From Camelus ferus (lineage: Eukaryota): a stretch of 64,000 nucleotides of DNA. The stretch lies in the NCBI RefSeq assembly GCF_009834535.1, contig NC_045706.1, positions 72,478,001-72,542,000 of the forward strand. The letters are read 5' to 3'. A model generated the notes under the pieces. That model was not told the DNA's origin. It saw nothing but the letters and a program-made list of their open reading frames with translations, and searched no databases. The position numbers and the translations under genes were made by a program. Each line of letters starts with the position of its first letter. Within the stretch, counting starts at the first letter, position 1. Of the stretch, positions 23,860-36,116 are shown piece by piece.

Positions 23860-25800
23860 CACTAAGCATTGCAAACCTGACATGGTGCTGTTTATTATCA
23901 GACAGAACAGACTTTAAGACAAAGAATATTACCAGCACCATTTCAAAATAATAAAAACATCAGGAAGACACAACAATCCTAAATACATATGTATTTAATA
24001 AGTTTCAAAATACATGAAGCAAAAAATATAGAACTAAAATGAAAAAGAGACAAAACCTCAATCATAATTGGATGTTTTAATATCCCTCTCTCAATAATTG
24101 ACAGAACCAGGAAAACAGTATCACTAAAGATATGGAAGATTTAAAGATTATCAACAAATGGGCTGAGCTGGTTTTCAGAGTACTGTAACCCATGACAGTG
24201 GGCCGCATGAGAGCAATGAAAGCACCAACACAGCCCGTGTGCTGAGTCGTAAACAAGTCTCAGTAAATTTCAAAGGAGTTTTATTATCTGTTATCCAGAA
24301 CATGTTCTCTGATCACAGCAGCTTTAAATTATGACTGAATAAAAATAACATATCTGGGAAATCTCCAATTTGAAAATTAAGCAAAACTATTATAAATAAC
24401 CTATGGGTAAAAAAGCAACCAGACAAGAAATGAGAAAATACTGCAAACTGAGTAAACATAAAAGCATAAACTATCAAAATGTGTGGAAGAAGATAAAGCA
24501 GTATTAAAGAGAAATTTAGGGCTTTGAAAATCTTCATATTAAAACAGAAAAGGTATAAAATCACTGATACAGGTAGATATCTAACTCAAGAAGCTAAAGA
24601 GGAGTGAATTAAACTTGATTACATAGAAATAGAAATAATAACAAGATCACAAAACGAGGAAATAGAAAAACCTTACACAAAACCAGGAAGGTCAGGAGTT
24701 GATTTATTGAAAAGTTTAATAAAATTGGTAAGCCCCTATCAAAACTGATAAATAAAAAAAGAGAACTGTGGTTAATTTCACAGATAAAAGCAGGGTCATC
24801 ATTATAGATCACACAGACCTTAAAAGTATAATATGGCGTATTATACATAATTTTATGCTAATAGATTTAACACCTTAGAAGAAATGGACTAATTCCTCGA
24901 ACAAAAAAATTTTCTAAAGCTGACAAAAGAAATAGAAATAGAAGTAGCCTTACATCTATTTATTTTCAATTTTTAATAAGTTATTTTAATAAATAAGAAA
25001 TTATTTTTGATATGCTTGTAATAAAAAATTCTCCTTCCAAAATACTTCTAAGTTGTTTCACAGGTGAATTAACAAACATTTGATGAAGAAATAATGCCAA
25101 TTTGACATTAACTGTTTCAGAAAACAGAGAATGAGAGCACACATCCCAACTCATTTTATGAGGCCAGCATTACTCTGATGTTGATATTCAAAACTGAAAA
25201 AATATACTATTAAAAAAACATACTATAAAAGAAAAAAGAAAGATATTTATAGACCAACATTGTTCATGAACATAAAACAAAAATAAAACATGAACATGAA
25301 CATAAAAAATCCTTAATTAACAAACTGAACACAGCAATTTATAAAATGGATAATATGTCATGCAATCTGTGGTTTATCCCAATAATACAAAGTTGTTTCA
25401 ACATCTGAAAACTAATCAGTGTAATATGCCACATGAACAGAGTAAAGAAGAAAAACCAGTTGATCTTTTCAATAAATGCATACAAAGAATATGAAAAAAA
25501 GTCAACACCAACTCATTACCACAGAAAGAAAAAACTTTCTGCAAGCTAGGAACAGAAGTAAACTTACACAATGAGATAAATGACATCTGTGAAAAACCTA
25601 CAGCTAACATCATACTCAAAATCACACATGCCATATGATTTCATTTACATGAAGCCCAAGTATATACAAAGTTACTCCATGTTGACAGACATCAAACCAA
25701 TGACTGTCTCTTCAGAGAGGTGTGGGGTAAACAGTTGAGGCAACAGAACTGTTTTCAGTTATGTCTGTACATTTTTATTGTATAAATTATGCCTCAATTA
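23860..25800 (+). mobile_element. Old L1 ORF2 (endonuclease to RT start) plus 3'-end remnant
   Basis: agactttaagacaaagaatattacc, caggaagacacaacaatcctaaatacatatg, ttctctgatcacagc, cccaactcattttatgaggccagcattactctgat and aaaacctacagctaacatcatactc are all L1 ORF2 landmarks; many stops. Confidence 0.85.
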
Positions 25801-26099
25801 ACAAAGAAAGAACAAAAGAAGTAAGAAAAAGAAAGTAAGAGCAGGAGAGAAGGAACAAAAAGGAGATAAAAAGAAGGAAGAAAGGAAATTGTGACTGAGT
25901 CCTAAACAAAGCTATTAAAAGACAAAATAAACTAGGAACAAAATAATGGCTCTACAGACTAATGAGAACATGCCAGAGAGATCAATCTATAAAACAGATG
26001 AAAAATTTTGCCTAATACTGTAAAACATGTTAAATTAATAAAATGATAGAGGCTATAACAAAACATAACTCTCAATTAAAAAACTCAGAAATGAGATGA

Positions 26100-27600
26100 T
26101 AGAACTTAACAAATAATTTGAAATTTAAAATATTTCACACACAAGGACTGAACTAGATGTAATAGTATAGTTAATAACAATAACACGTAATATCTTAATG
26201 TAACTAGGAGATAAAATTTAAAAATCAAAGAGAAATAAAGCCAAGAGATGAAAGCCGCAAGTATAGAAGAGAAATTCCCACACACGTTATAAAAGCCCCC
26301 ACAAATGACAACCAAAGCAATGAAAAAGAAAACATTTTAAAATATTCAAAATTCCAAAATAAAAATATGTGATACTGCATACTGAAATAGCATGGCAATA
26401 ATCAGCACTAAGACAAAATGCACAGTGATAGTAAGACTACCATATTTAAAAAATAAGGAAAAAGAAAAAGTCTTTTGGTCATTATGCAGACAGACCACTT
26501 TCCTTAAAACGAAAAGAATCTTATCATCATCATACATTTAGACAACAACTGTCAGGAGACAATGGAATAACAGATTTAGGATGCTAAAGAGGAGGGTCAA
26601 CCAAACATTTTGTATTCAACCAAACTGATTTTCAAGTATAAGGGGCATAGGAAAACTGTATACAGTATGAAAGAATTCAAGAAATATTACTGAAATGATC
26701 AGTTATTGAAGAGTCTACTAGAGAATGAGCTTCAAAAAGTAAAGAAGGCACAAGAGACACTGATGGAAGGATTGGCAAATCAAGATTCTCAACGTGAGAA
26801 AGAATAAAGAATGTTGAATCTTACAGTTAAGAACTCTGCCTTGAATTAGAATGGGAAGTAATAGTAGGAACTAACAATGTATTTTAATTCTAACTGTCCA
26901 ATGCTAATTCAGTAGCAATAAATAATACTAGAACCCAGATTGTGATCGCCAAAGACCATTCTAAACAACCCAGTTGGAGAAATGGCTCAGTCCAGGTCTG
27001 GGATTAAAAAATGTATGAAATGAACCTAGAGTATCTAATCCAAGAAGCTAACAAGGAAGGTCACGTCAAAAAACTGAGAGGTTAACTCAAAGATGGAACA
27101 CTTTGTGTATCAGCAAAAATAATAACTACAAAGGAGTGAAACACATCAAAATATGTTTAATTCAATCAGCTTATTACAGTGCTTAAAAAAGATTTGGTCA
27201 CTGTTGGGGGAAGCTAGAGAACCACCTCGTTTTGAAAACTGGAAAACCAAGGGAAAGAATCATTCATTTCCTATGTGAATATTCTATTGAAATGCCAAGT
27301 GAGGAAAAGATTTTCTTTAAAAAAGGCATTTCACTTAATAACTGAGAAAAGTGACAAAATGTCACCATTTTCCAATTCCTTAAAAGTTAAAGTATCTAGA
27401 TATTGACTGTCAAAGGCTGGTAATATTACAAAAAGAGAAAACCAAGCATGATACACTTCCCCTTGGTAGAACACACTGCAATCTACAAGGTAATTTTGCC
27501 ATATTCAGACCTGCAACTGATTGAGCATCTAGAGCTAATTATCAGCCTGCAAGAAATACGGGGAGAGGATCATGTTAACCTGCACCAACAGGACAAAATC
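26100..27600 (+). mobile_element. Old L1 ORF1 fragments and an L1MC-like 3'UTR
   Basis: ggagacaatggaataacagatttagg...ttttgtattcaaccaaactgattttcaagtataagggg (ORF1); ctagaacccagattgtgatcgcc...ggagaaatggctcagtccagg (L1MC-like 3'UTR). Confidence 0.6.
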
Positions 27601-27604
27601 GGGG

Positions 27605-27815
27605 AAATCCAGACTTCATGTTTATGTCCCCCAAATTTGTATGTGAAAGCTCTTATCCTCAATGTAATAGTGGTGGGACCTTTTGGAGATAACCAAGTTT
27701 AGATGAGGTCATGAGGGTGGAGCTCCTATAATGACTTTTATATATATCTATATATATACACACACATATATATATATATATAAAATGCTCTTATAAAAAG
27801 AGGAAGAAACCAGAG
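27605..27815 (+). mobile_element. MaLR LTR (MLT1A/B-like), 5' part
   Basis: tgtttatgtcccccaaatttgtatgtgaaagctcttatcctcaatgt...tagatgaggtcatgagggtggagc...cttataaaaagaggaag; contains a (TA)n/(CA)n tract. Confidence 0.8.
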
Positions 27816-30645
27816 CCCTACTTTGTCCCTCCCTCTCCCCCTTTGGTAACCATAAGTTTATTTTCTATGTCCTTGAGTCTTTTTCTGTTTTGTATATAGA
27901 TTCATTTGTATTATTTTTTAGATTCCACTTGTAAGTGATATCATACGGTATTTGCCTTTTTCTGTCTGACTTATTTCACTAAGTATAATATTCTCTAGGT
28001 TTATCCACGTTGCTGAAAATGGCAGTATTTTCATTCATTTAAAGGCTGAATTTTATATATATATATATATAATATCACGACTGGATTTTTGAATTTTGTC
28101 AAATGCTTCTTCTACATCTGTTGAGGTGAACATGTGTTTTGTCTTTCCTTTTGTTAATGTGGTGTATCACATTGATTGATTTGTGTGTTGATCCATCCTT
28201 GCAATCCTAGAATGAATCCAATTTGATCATAGTGTAAGATTCTTTTTATGTAGTGTTGGATTTGGTTTGCTAACACTTCATTGAGGATTTTTGCATCTAT
28301 ATTCGTCAAAGATATTGGCCTGTAATTTTCTTTTTTTGCAGTGTCTTTGTCCGGCTTTAGTATCAGGATCACGGTTGCTTCAGAGAATGAATTTGGGAGT
28401 GTTCCCTCCTCTTCAATTTTCTGGAATTGTTTGAAAAGGATAAATATTAGTTCTTTGTAGTATGTTTGGTAGAATTCCCCAGTGAGGCTGCCCAGTCCTG
28501 GACTTTTGTTTACAGGGAGTTTTTTGTTTTTTGTTGTTTTAATTAGATTGACCTGTTCAAATTGTCTCTTTCTTCTTGACTCAGTCTTTGCAGTCTGTAT
28601 GTTTCTTGAAACTTGTCCATTTCTTCAAGGTTGTCCAATTTGTTGGGACATAACTGTACCTAGTATTTTGTTACAATTTTTAAAATCTCTGGTACTGTTT
28701 GTTACTGCTCCACTTTCATTACTTTATTTGAGTCTTCTTTTTTTTATTGTGATATTAACTTTATTGCAGGATCTCCGAGATACGCCTGTCTCTCTTCCTT
28801 ACTCTTAGCTTCTACACTCAACAATGGACAATCATTGGCCCCTTTTACCTTTTTTCCCGGCTCCCTCTGTCTTCTTTTAAGGTTTCTTTCTAAGTGCTGT
28901 TTTTTTTTCTCTTTTCTTCTTGGTGACCCTGGATAGAAGTTTGATGATTTTGTTCATCTTTTCTTGATTTTTTCTATTTTTTGGATCTCTATTTTATTTA
29001 GTTTCTTTTTGATCTTTATTTTCTTCCTTCTGGTGACTTCAGTCTTTCTTTATTCTTTTTCTAACTTTTTTTGGTGGTAGGATACGTTGTTTGAGATTTT
29101 TTTTTGTTTCTTGAGGAAGGCCTGTATCACTATGAATTTCCCTCTTAGAACTGCTCTTGCTGTATCATAGATTTTCTAAGGTTGTGTTTTCATTTTCATT
29201 TGTCTCAAGGTATTTTCTGATTTCTTCTTTGATTTCATCATTGACCCATTGTTTTCTTTTTTACTGGCATGCAGTTTAGTCTCCATGTGTTCTTTTTCCA
29301 TTTTTCTCTCTGTGGTTGATTTCTAGCTTCATACTGCTGTGATCAGAAAAGATGCTTGAAATAATTTTTATTCTCTTAAGTTTGTTGAGACTTGTTTTGT
29401 GACCTATTATGTTTTCTATTCTAGTGAATGTTCTATATGCACTTGAAAATAAAGTATATTCTGGTTTTTTTGGATGTAATGTCCCACACATATCAATTAA
29501 GTCCAACTGATTGCTGAAGCAAGTGAGGCCTGTGGCATCACAGAGGACCTATGCACCATCCATGTAGACATCCATGGTTCTGCTCACAAGCAGCCCAAGG
29601 TCCCATCACTTTCTCTGTTCTGTTTGTCCCAGACCTAATGCAAGTCTGTGGTGTGGAGTAGGATGGGGCTCGGGGTTGGGGCGTTGTAGCTAAAGGAACT
29701 GAGTGGCTGTGCTGCTGCCTGAGATCTGGGCTGCCTTGCAGACTTCTCCCCAGACCTACCTGCTAAGCTGTGGTATGGCGTGGGTGGAGCCAGAGCACTC
29801 TTGCTGGGAGATAAACCACTGCTACTCCAGAGCTCACTGACAATGGCTGTCACTGCCTGTCTGGACCACAGGCCAGGTGCCCCTGGGGTGTCTCTGCATA
29901 GCTAACTCTTGTCCTCTTCCAGGGCCTGTCTGCCCATAGCTGCTGAGCTGCTGTGCACTCCTGTGGCACCGTCCTATGTGCACGCTGACAATGTCTGCTC
30001 AGTTTGACCCATCACCCCCATGTGAGCACTGACAGTGGTCTTTGTGGTTCTGCCCAGATCACACCCCAGGTGCCCTAGTCTGTCTCTGCACAGCTAGACT
30101 GAGTTCTTGCCAAGATCTTGCACCAGGCTATGGTGTGGAGTGAGCAGGGCCAGGGCATTTGCCCCTTCAGATTGGGAACTGTGGTGAGGTGGCAGCCACC
30201 AGTGCAAGGCTCTCTCTGCCCTGACTGTTAGAAAGCCAGCACATGAGCACTGCTTGTGAGTAGAGTCGAGCCTTCTGCAGTCCTCAAACTGTCTCAGAAG
30301 ATTTCGCATCAGACACACCGGCATGTCTCCTCCATGCAGGAACCCAGGACTCAGATGCCCAGATTGTGGCTCAACCTGGTCACTCCCCAGGGTGAGGGTC
30401 CACCCATGTGGACCTTCTCTTCCTTATAGGCCCTTCACAGGTGTGCAGGTCCTGTTCCAATGCCTTTTTTCCCATCCTACTCAGTATGTGGAGATCTTTG
30501 TTGTAGCTTTGGCTGTATGGGAGTTCTTCTGCCAGTTTCCAGCTAATTTTGTGTGACAGTTGTTCTGCATGTACATGTATTCTAGATGTATTTGTGGGTC
30601 AGGAGGTGAGCTCCACATCTTCCTACTCTGCCATCTTGATCTCTC
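27816..30645 (-). mobile_element. L1 with internal deletions: 3'UTR piece, RT and endonuclease pieces, 5'UTR
   Basis: 3'UTR 27830-28075; ORF 28154..28372 ([24 protein letters not shown]) and ORF 29276..29506 (DLIDM..TLHP...YTLFSSA..TFTRI....GHK...SDHS.MKLEIN) are L1 ORF2; 5' terminal motif (minus) CAAGATGGCAGAGTAGGAAGA at 30618-30638. Confidence 0.9.
28738..28899 (-). other. About 160-bp non-L1 polyadenylated insert (retrocopy-like) nested in L1 ORF2
   Basis: The L1 sequence breaks at gagtcttc (28737) and resumes at ttttttctcttttcttcttggtgaccctgg (~28900); the insert ends (minus) with AATAAA (28760-28765), 14 nt, then A8. Confidence 0.6.
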
Positions 30646-30649
30646 CAAG

Positions 30650-33600
30650 ATTGATATACTGACATGTTTTAATTTACATGAAGGTCCTTTGTTGTCTCGT
30701 ATCTATGTGGGGTAAAGGAATGAGGGAAAGGAACTGAAATCATACAAAGTATGCTTTCTGACCACTATGGAATTAAACTAGAAGTCAATAATAGTAAAAT
30801 TAGCAGGGAAATATCCAAGTCATTTCTTTTCCTTTTCTTCTAGTTTTATTGAGATAAGACTGAAAAACAGCACTGTATAAGTTTAAAGTGTACAGCATAG
30901 TGATTTGATTTACATATATTACAAAGTGATTACCCTAATAAGTATAGTGAACACCCATCATCTCATGTAGATACAAAATTAAATATAAAAAATATTTTTC
31001 CTTGTCATGAGAACTCTTAACTACTAACACATATTATACACAGTAGTGTTAATTATTTTTATCATGTTGTACATTACTTTCCTAGGGTTTATACCTTTTA
31101 ACCACCCTCATCCAATTCCCCCTCCCTCCATCCCCCCCTGCCTTTGGTAACCACAAATCTGTTTTCTTTTTCTAGGAGTTTGTTTGTTTTTGGAGTATAA
31201 TTGACTGACAACAGTATGTTAGTTCTTGTTACACAACACAGTCATTCAATATTTCTATATATATCAAAATGATCACCACCATAACTCTAGTTATGTCCTG
31301 TCACCACAGAAAGATATTACATCATTATTGACTATATTGCCCACACTCTACATTTCATACCTGTGACTCATTTATTTTGCAACTGGAAGTTTGTACCTCT
31401 TAATTGCCCTCACCTATTTCTTTCCACCCTCCAACCGTTCCCCTCTGGCAATCAGCTGTTTGTTCTCTGTATCTATGACTCTGCTTCTGTTTTGCTATGT
31501 TTGTATTTGTTTTTTAGACCCCACATGTAAGTGAAATCATACAGTGTTAGTATTTCTGTGTCTGACTTATTTCACTTATGTCCCCAGGGTGAGCTCCAGT
31601 TGCCTCCTGCCTTTTCAAGAAGTTCTCCAAGATCAGCAGGTAGGTTTGACCCAGTCTCCTTTCAAATTACTGTTTTATTTCCCACAGCCCTTTGGGTCTC
31701 CTGAAAGTAAGCCTCACTGGCCGTCAAAGCCAAATGTTTTGGGGCTCATCTTCTTGGTGCACGAGCCCCAGGCTGGGGAGCTCGAGGTGGGGCTTGGTTC
31801 CCTCACTCCTTGGGGAGAACCTCTGCAATTACAATTATCTTCCTGTTTGTGGGTCACCCACCCAGGGGTAGGGGTCTTGACTATTCTGTGTCTCTTCCCC
31901 TCCTACCTGTCTTGCTGTGGTTCCTTCTTTATATCTTTAGTTGTAGAAGGTTTTTTATGCTAGTCTTCCAGTTTTTTCTTATCAGTAGTTGTTCTGCAAA
32001 TAGTTGCAATTTTGGTGTACCCATGGCAGGAAATATGCTCAGAGTCTTCCTACTCTGCCATCTTACCCAGATTCCAAAGTTTCCAAATCATTCCTAAATA
32101 ATTCATAGGATCAAGAAAATGTCTCAAGGGAAATCAGAAAATATTTTGAACTAAAAGTATAAAATATCAAAATTTGTAGAGTGTAGTTAAAGCAGAACTT
32201 AGATGAAAATTTATAGCTTAAAATGTTCTTAGAAAAGAAGAAAGTTCTACTATCAAGAATATAAGATTGCACCTTAGGGAACTAAGGTAAATAATGCAAT
32301 TTAACCCTAAAGGAAGCAGAAGAAAAGAAGATGAAAAAAAGGAAAACAACAGAAAAAAATCAGCAAAACCAAAAGATAATTTTTAGGAAAGGTCAATAAA
32401 ATTTATTACCTATAAAAATAAGAGGAAAAAACACACAGTAGTAATATAAATCATGAAAAAAGGGTTATCACTAATCCCATGGACATTTAAAGGAATGTTA
32501 TGAATAATTCTTTACCAACAATTTTGATAACTTAGATAAAATGAGTCAATTCTTTGAAAGACACCAACTACTAGAACTCTTGTAGAAGAAACAGATAATC
32601 TGAAGATAGCTACATCTATTAAAGAAGTTAAGTCAATATTAATACCCTTTCAAAAAAGAAACCACAAGGCCTAAATGGTTTCCCAACTGAATCCTACCAA
32701 ACATTTATAGGAAAAAAATGAATCTCTTCTAGACAGTAGAAGCAGAAGAAAGAGTTCCTAACTCATTCTATGAGGCCAGTAATTGTCTAATACCAAAACA
32801 AGACAAAGACATTACAAGAAAAAAAATAAATAAAAAGCAAGGCCAATATATCTCTTGAGCATAGGTACAAAATTTCTCAACAAAATATTAGCAAATGAAT
32901 TCAACATGAATAAAAGGAGTTATACATCATGACTAAATAAAGTTTATTTCCGTTATGCAAGGTGAGTTCAGTATTCAAATAAAAAATACCATTTACCACA
33001 TCAACAAGATAAAGAAAAAAATATGACATTAACTGATGCAGGAAAAACATTTGACAAAATCTCATACCATGAGAAAAACTCTCAGCAAACTAAGATTTGA
33101 ACTTCCTTGACTTGATAACAAACATCTACAAAAATTCCTACAATTAACACCATACTGCTGTTAAGAGACTGCTTTCCTCCTAAGAGTGGTAATAAGGCTT
33201 GGGTGTCTTCCCTTTAAGTTCTAATTCACACCATACTGGAAGTCACAGCTAACGCAATAAGACAAGAAAAGTAAATAAAAGGTATATAGATTGGGAAGGA
33301 AGAAATAAAACTGTCTTTATTTGAAGGTGAATATGACTATGTAGAAATGCCAAAGAGTCTACAAAATGATTCTTGGAATCAATAAACAAATATAGGAAGG
33401 TTGAAGGACACAGGTCAATATACAAAACTCAATTGCTTCCTTATACACCAGCGTTGAACAATTAAATTTTAAAATTAAAAAATATAATTTAGTATAGCAC
33501 AAAAAACATGGAATACTAAGGTATAAATCTAACAATAGATATAAGATCTATGAAGAAAACTACAAAACTGATGAAAAAATCAAGATCTAAATAAATGAAG

Positions 33601-34030
33601 AGCTATTCTATGAACATGGATAGGAACAGACAATATTGTAAAGATTCCAGTTCTTCCCAACTTCATCTGATTGATGTAATCCTAATAAAAATCCTACCAA
33701 ATTATTTTGTGGATATTGACAAACTGATTCTAAAGTTTACATGGAAAAGGCAAAAGACCTGGAATGGCCATCACAGTACTGAAGAAGAAAAACAAAACTG
33801 AAGCCCTCACACTACCGAATTTTCAGACTCACAATAAAGCTACCATAATTGGGACAGCATGGTATTAGAGAAATAGTAGACATATGCGTCAATGAAACAG
33901 AACAGAGTGTCCAGAAGTAGACTCACAAATACAGTTCACTGACGTTTGACAAAGGAACCAAGGCAGCTCAATGGAGAAATGACAGTCTTTTCAACAAACA
34001 GTTCTAGAACGACTGGATGTTTATTTGCAA
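30650..34030 (+). mobile_element. Old L1 ORF2 (endonuclease C-term, RT and beyond), interrupted by a minus-strand L1 at 30828-32081
   Basis: gaactgaaatcatacaaagtatgctttctgaccactatggaattaaactagaagtc; actcattctatgaggccag...ccaaaacaagacaaagac; aactgtctttatttgaagg..tatgact (LSLF.DD-type motif); ORF 33595..33801 (IKILPNYFVDIDKLILKFTWK). Confidence 0.9.
30828..32081 (-). mobile_element. Short L1 made of the 5'UTR joined to the ORF2 end/3'UTR, with a degenerate 14-bp TSD
   Basis: TSD tccaagtcatttct (30814-30827) and tccaaatcattcct (32082-32095), 12/14 identical; 5' motif AAGATGGCAGAGTAGGAAGA at 32045-32064; junction near 31580; 3' end with AATAAA (30845-30850) and an A-rich tail. Confidence 0.85.
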
Positions 34031-34879
34031 AAAACAAACAAAAGGAGCTTAAACACCACAGACATTACATCTTACAGACACACAGACACACACAGGCACA
34101 TACACAGATACCTATGTTGTTGATCAACAACATGTGGTGAGAAAAGTTATTTGAAGATGTTATATTATCTTGGGAAGGGGCAAAGATATTAAATAAATAT
34201 TTGTTAATGTAAATATTTTTTAAAAAGGGAAATAAAATGTATCATTTCTATTGCTTGACTCAGTCTAAGACTTTTGCTATCCAGGCTTCCTTCCATCCCT
34301 CTCCTCCATGGCAGTTGGACCCACATCCAAGTCTAACAGCTGTCCCAGTTTCCTCTGGCTCCCTTCCTGTTTCCCTCAATAAATCCAGCCTTGGTACCTG
34401 CCTTTTAGAGAACCTGAAATAACGTAAGTGGAGCCAGAAGCAGCCTGGGAAAACAAGCTGTAAGATGACATCTGGGACAGATTCATTCATCACACCACTG
34501 CCACAGGTGGTACATGGGGCAACCCTGGCACACTGGAGGCCATGAACTGCTAAAGATATCACTAGGGGTGGCCTACAAAAAAGTCCTGGTGTGGGACTGT
34601 CCTTGCAGGTGTGATGATTCAGGCTACTGAAGGTACAGTGAGAACAATGCCACATAGACAGTGGACTTGGCTGACTAGCTAAGTCAGACTGACACCCCGC
34701 AGAGAGATGATGAAAGACCCTGGGCATTAATAGATAGTTAAAGACTACTAGGGGGCTCCTTAGTAGTTTGCAAAGAGGAAGTTATCTCCTGCAGTGAAAG
34801 AACAGAAACAGCTGAGCAATAAAAAGATCTAACAGCCATATTAGATCTCCTAAGACATTTAAGTGCACAGCCAAAGCAC

Positions 34880-35560
34880 ATCTGCTAAGCTAAACTTAGA
34901 TCCCTGGCTGGGAAAACCTGGGATCCTGAAACAAGGGATGAAGACACCTGACATCTACAAAGATATCAGGGATCCAGCCAAAGACCCAGGAATCCAGCTC
35001 CACCCACCAGTAGGCAGGCATCAGCCTCGGAAGTCCCTGGGTCCTGGCCCTGCACATCAGTGAGCCAGCAGCCTCAGCAGAAGGCAGGGCCTGGAAATCA
35101 AAGGGACCAGTGGCCAGCCATGCCTACAAGATGAACCACAGTAGTCAGCCTGCCAAAACAGAAGGACCAATGCACCCACATAGGGCTCTATGAACATACA
35201 GCTCTGGTGTCTAGAGGGGAGTACACTGCTGGGACTTATGGAATATCTTCTTCTCCCAGGTGGGAAATGTAACCAACCTATCAGATACACAGAAATAAAA
35301 ACAGCAAATTAGGCAAAATGAGGCAACAGAGGAGTATGTTCCACATGAAAGAACAAGATAAAACTCAAGAAGAAAAACTTCTAAGTGAAGTAGAGACAGG
35401 CAATCTACCTGATAAATAGATCAAGGTAATGATTGTAAAGATGATCAAGGAATTTGGGAGAAGACTGGATGAACAGAGTGAGAAGTTAGTTTTTAACAAA
35501 GAGTTAGAAGATATAAAGAACCACCAAACAGAGATAAAAAACATAATAACCAAGTTTCAA
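34880..35560 (+). mobile_element. L1 5'UTR and ORF1 N-terminus
   Basis: ATG at ~35317 reads MRQQRSMFHMKEQDKTQEEKLLSEVETGNLPDK*IKVMIVKMIKEFGRRLDEQSEK, a typical laurasiatherian L1 ORF1p start; the 5' boundary is uncertain (may extend to ~34400). Confidence 0.8.
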
Positions 35561-35582
35561 AGAGCAGACTCAATCAGTTAAT

Positions 35583-36116
35583 TATTAGAGAAGTGAGAAA
35601 ATGCAGAAATAAAGGGAAAACAATCAAACAAGAAAAGCAATAATAGCATGAACAACAATTCATCCATAAATCAGTCACAGGACCCTTAGTTCCTCCTCAA
35701 GGGCTATACATAATATCTTGATTTATATCCTTGAGTTGTTTTGCAGGAACTAAGACCTCCACCTATGTGGACGATGGTGATCACATGCTGACCATACACA
35801 TGTAGATCTCTGACTACATGCCAGAAGCCAGAAGACTGATGAGAGATTCCTGAAACATCACTGTTACCTCATTACCAACCACCCAGAAGAATCTCCATGA
35901 CATAGTCACATACCCTGCAACTCTTACCCCTAATGGGGCCTTTAACCCCTGCCTAAAGCCACTGAGGAAGTTCAGGTCCTTTGAGCGTAAGCTGTCTGTT
36001 CTCTTTGCTTGGCGCCCTGCCAATAAATGCTGCACGTTCCTTCACCACAACCAGGTGTCAGTAGACTGACTTTGCTGTGCTTTGGGTGAGGGGACCGTAA
36101 GTTTGGTTTGGTAACA
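35583..36116 (+). mobile_element. Solo ERV1-type LTR
   Basis: Starts t(a)ttagagaagtgagaaaatgcagaaataaagggaaaac; TATA-like cctttaacccc; gccaataaatgctgc poly(A) signal; ends gtttggtttggtaaca. Confidence 0.8.
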
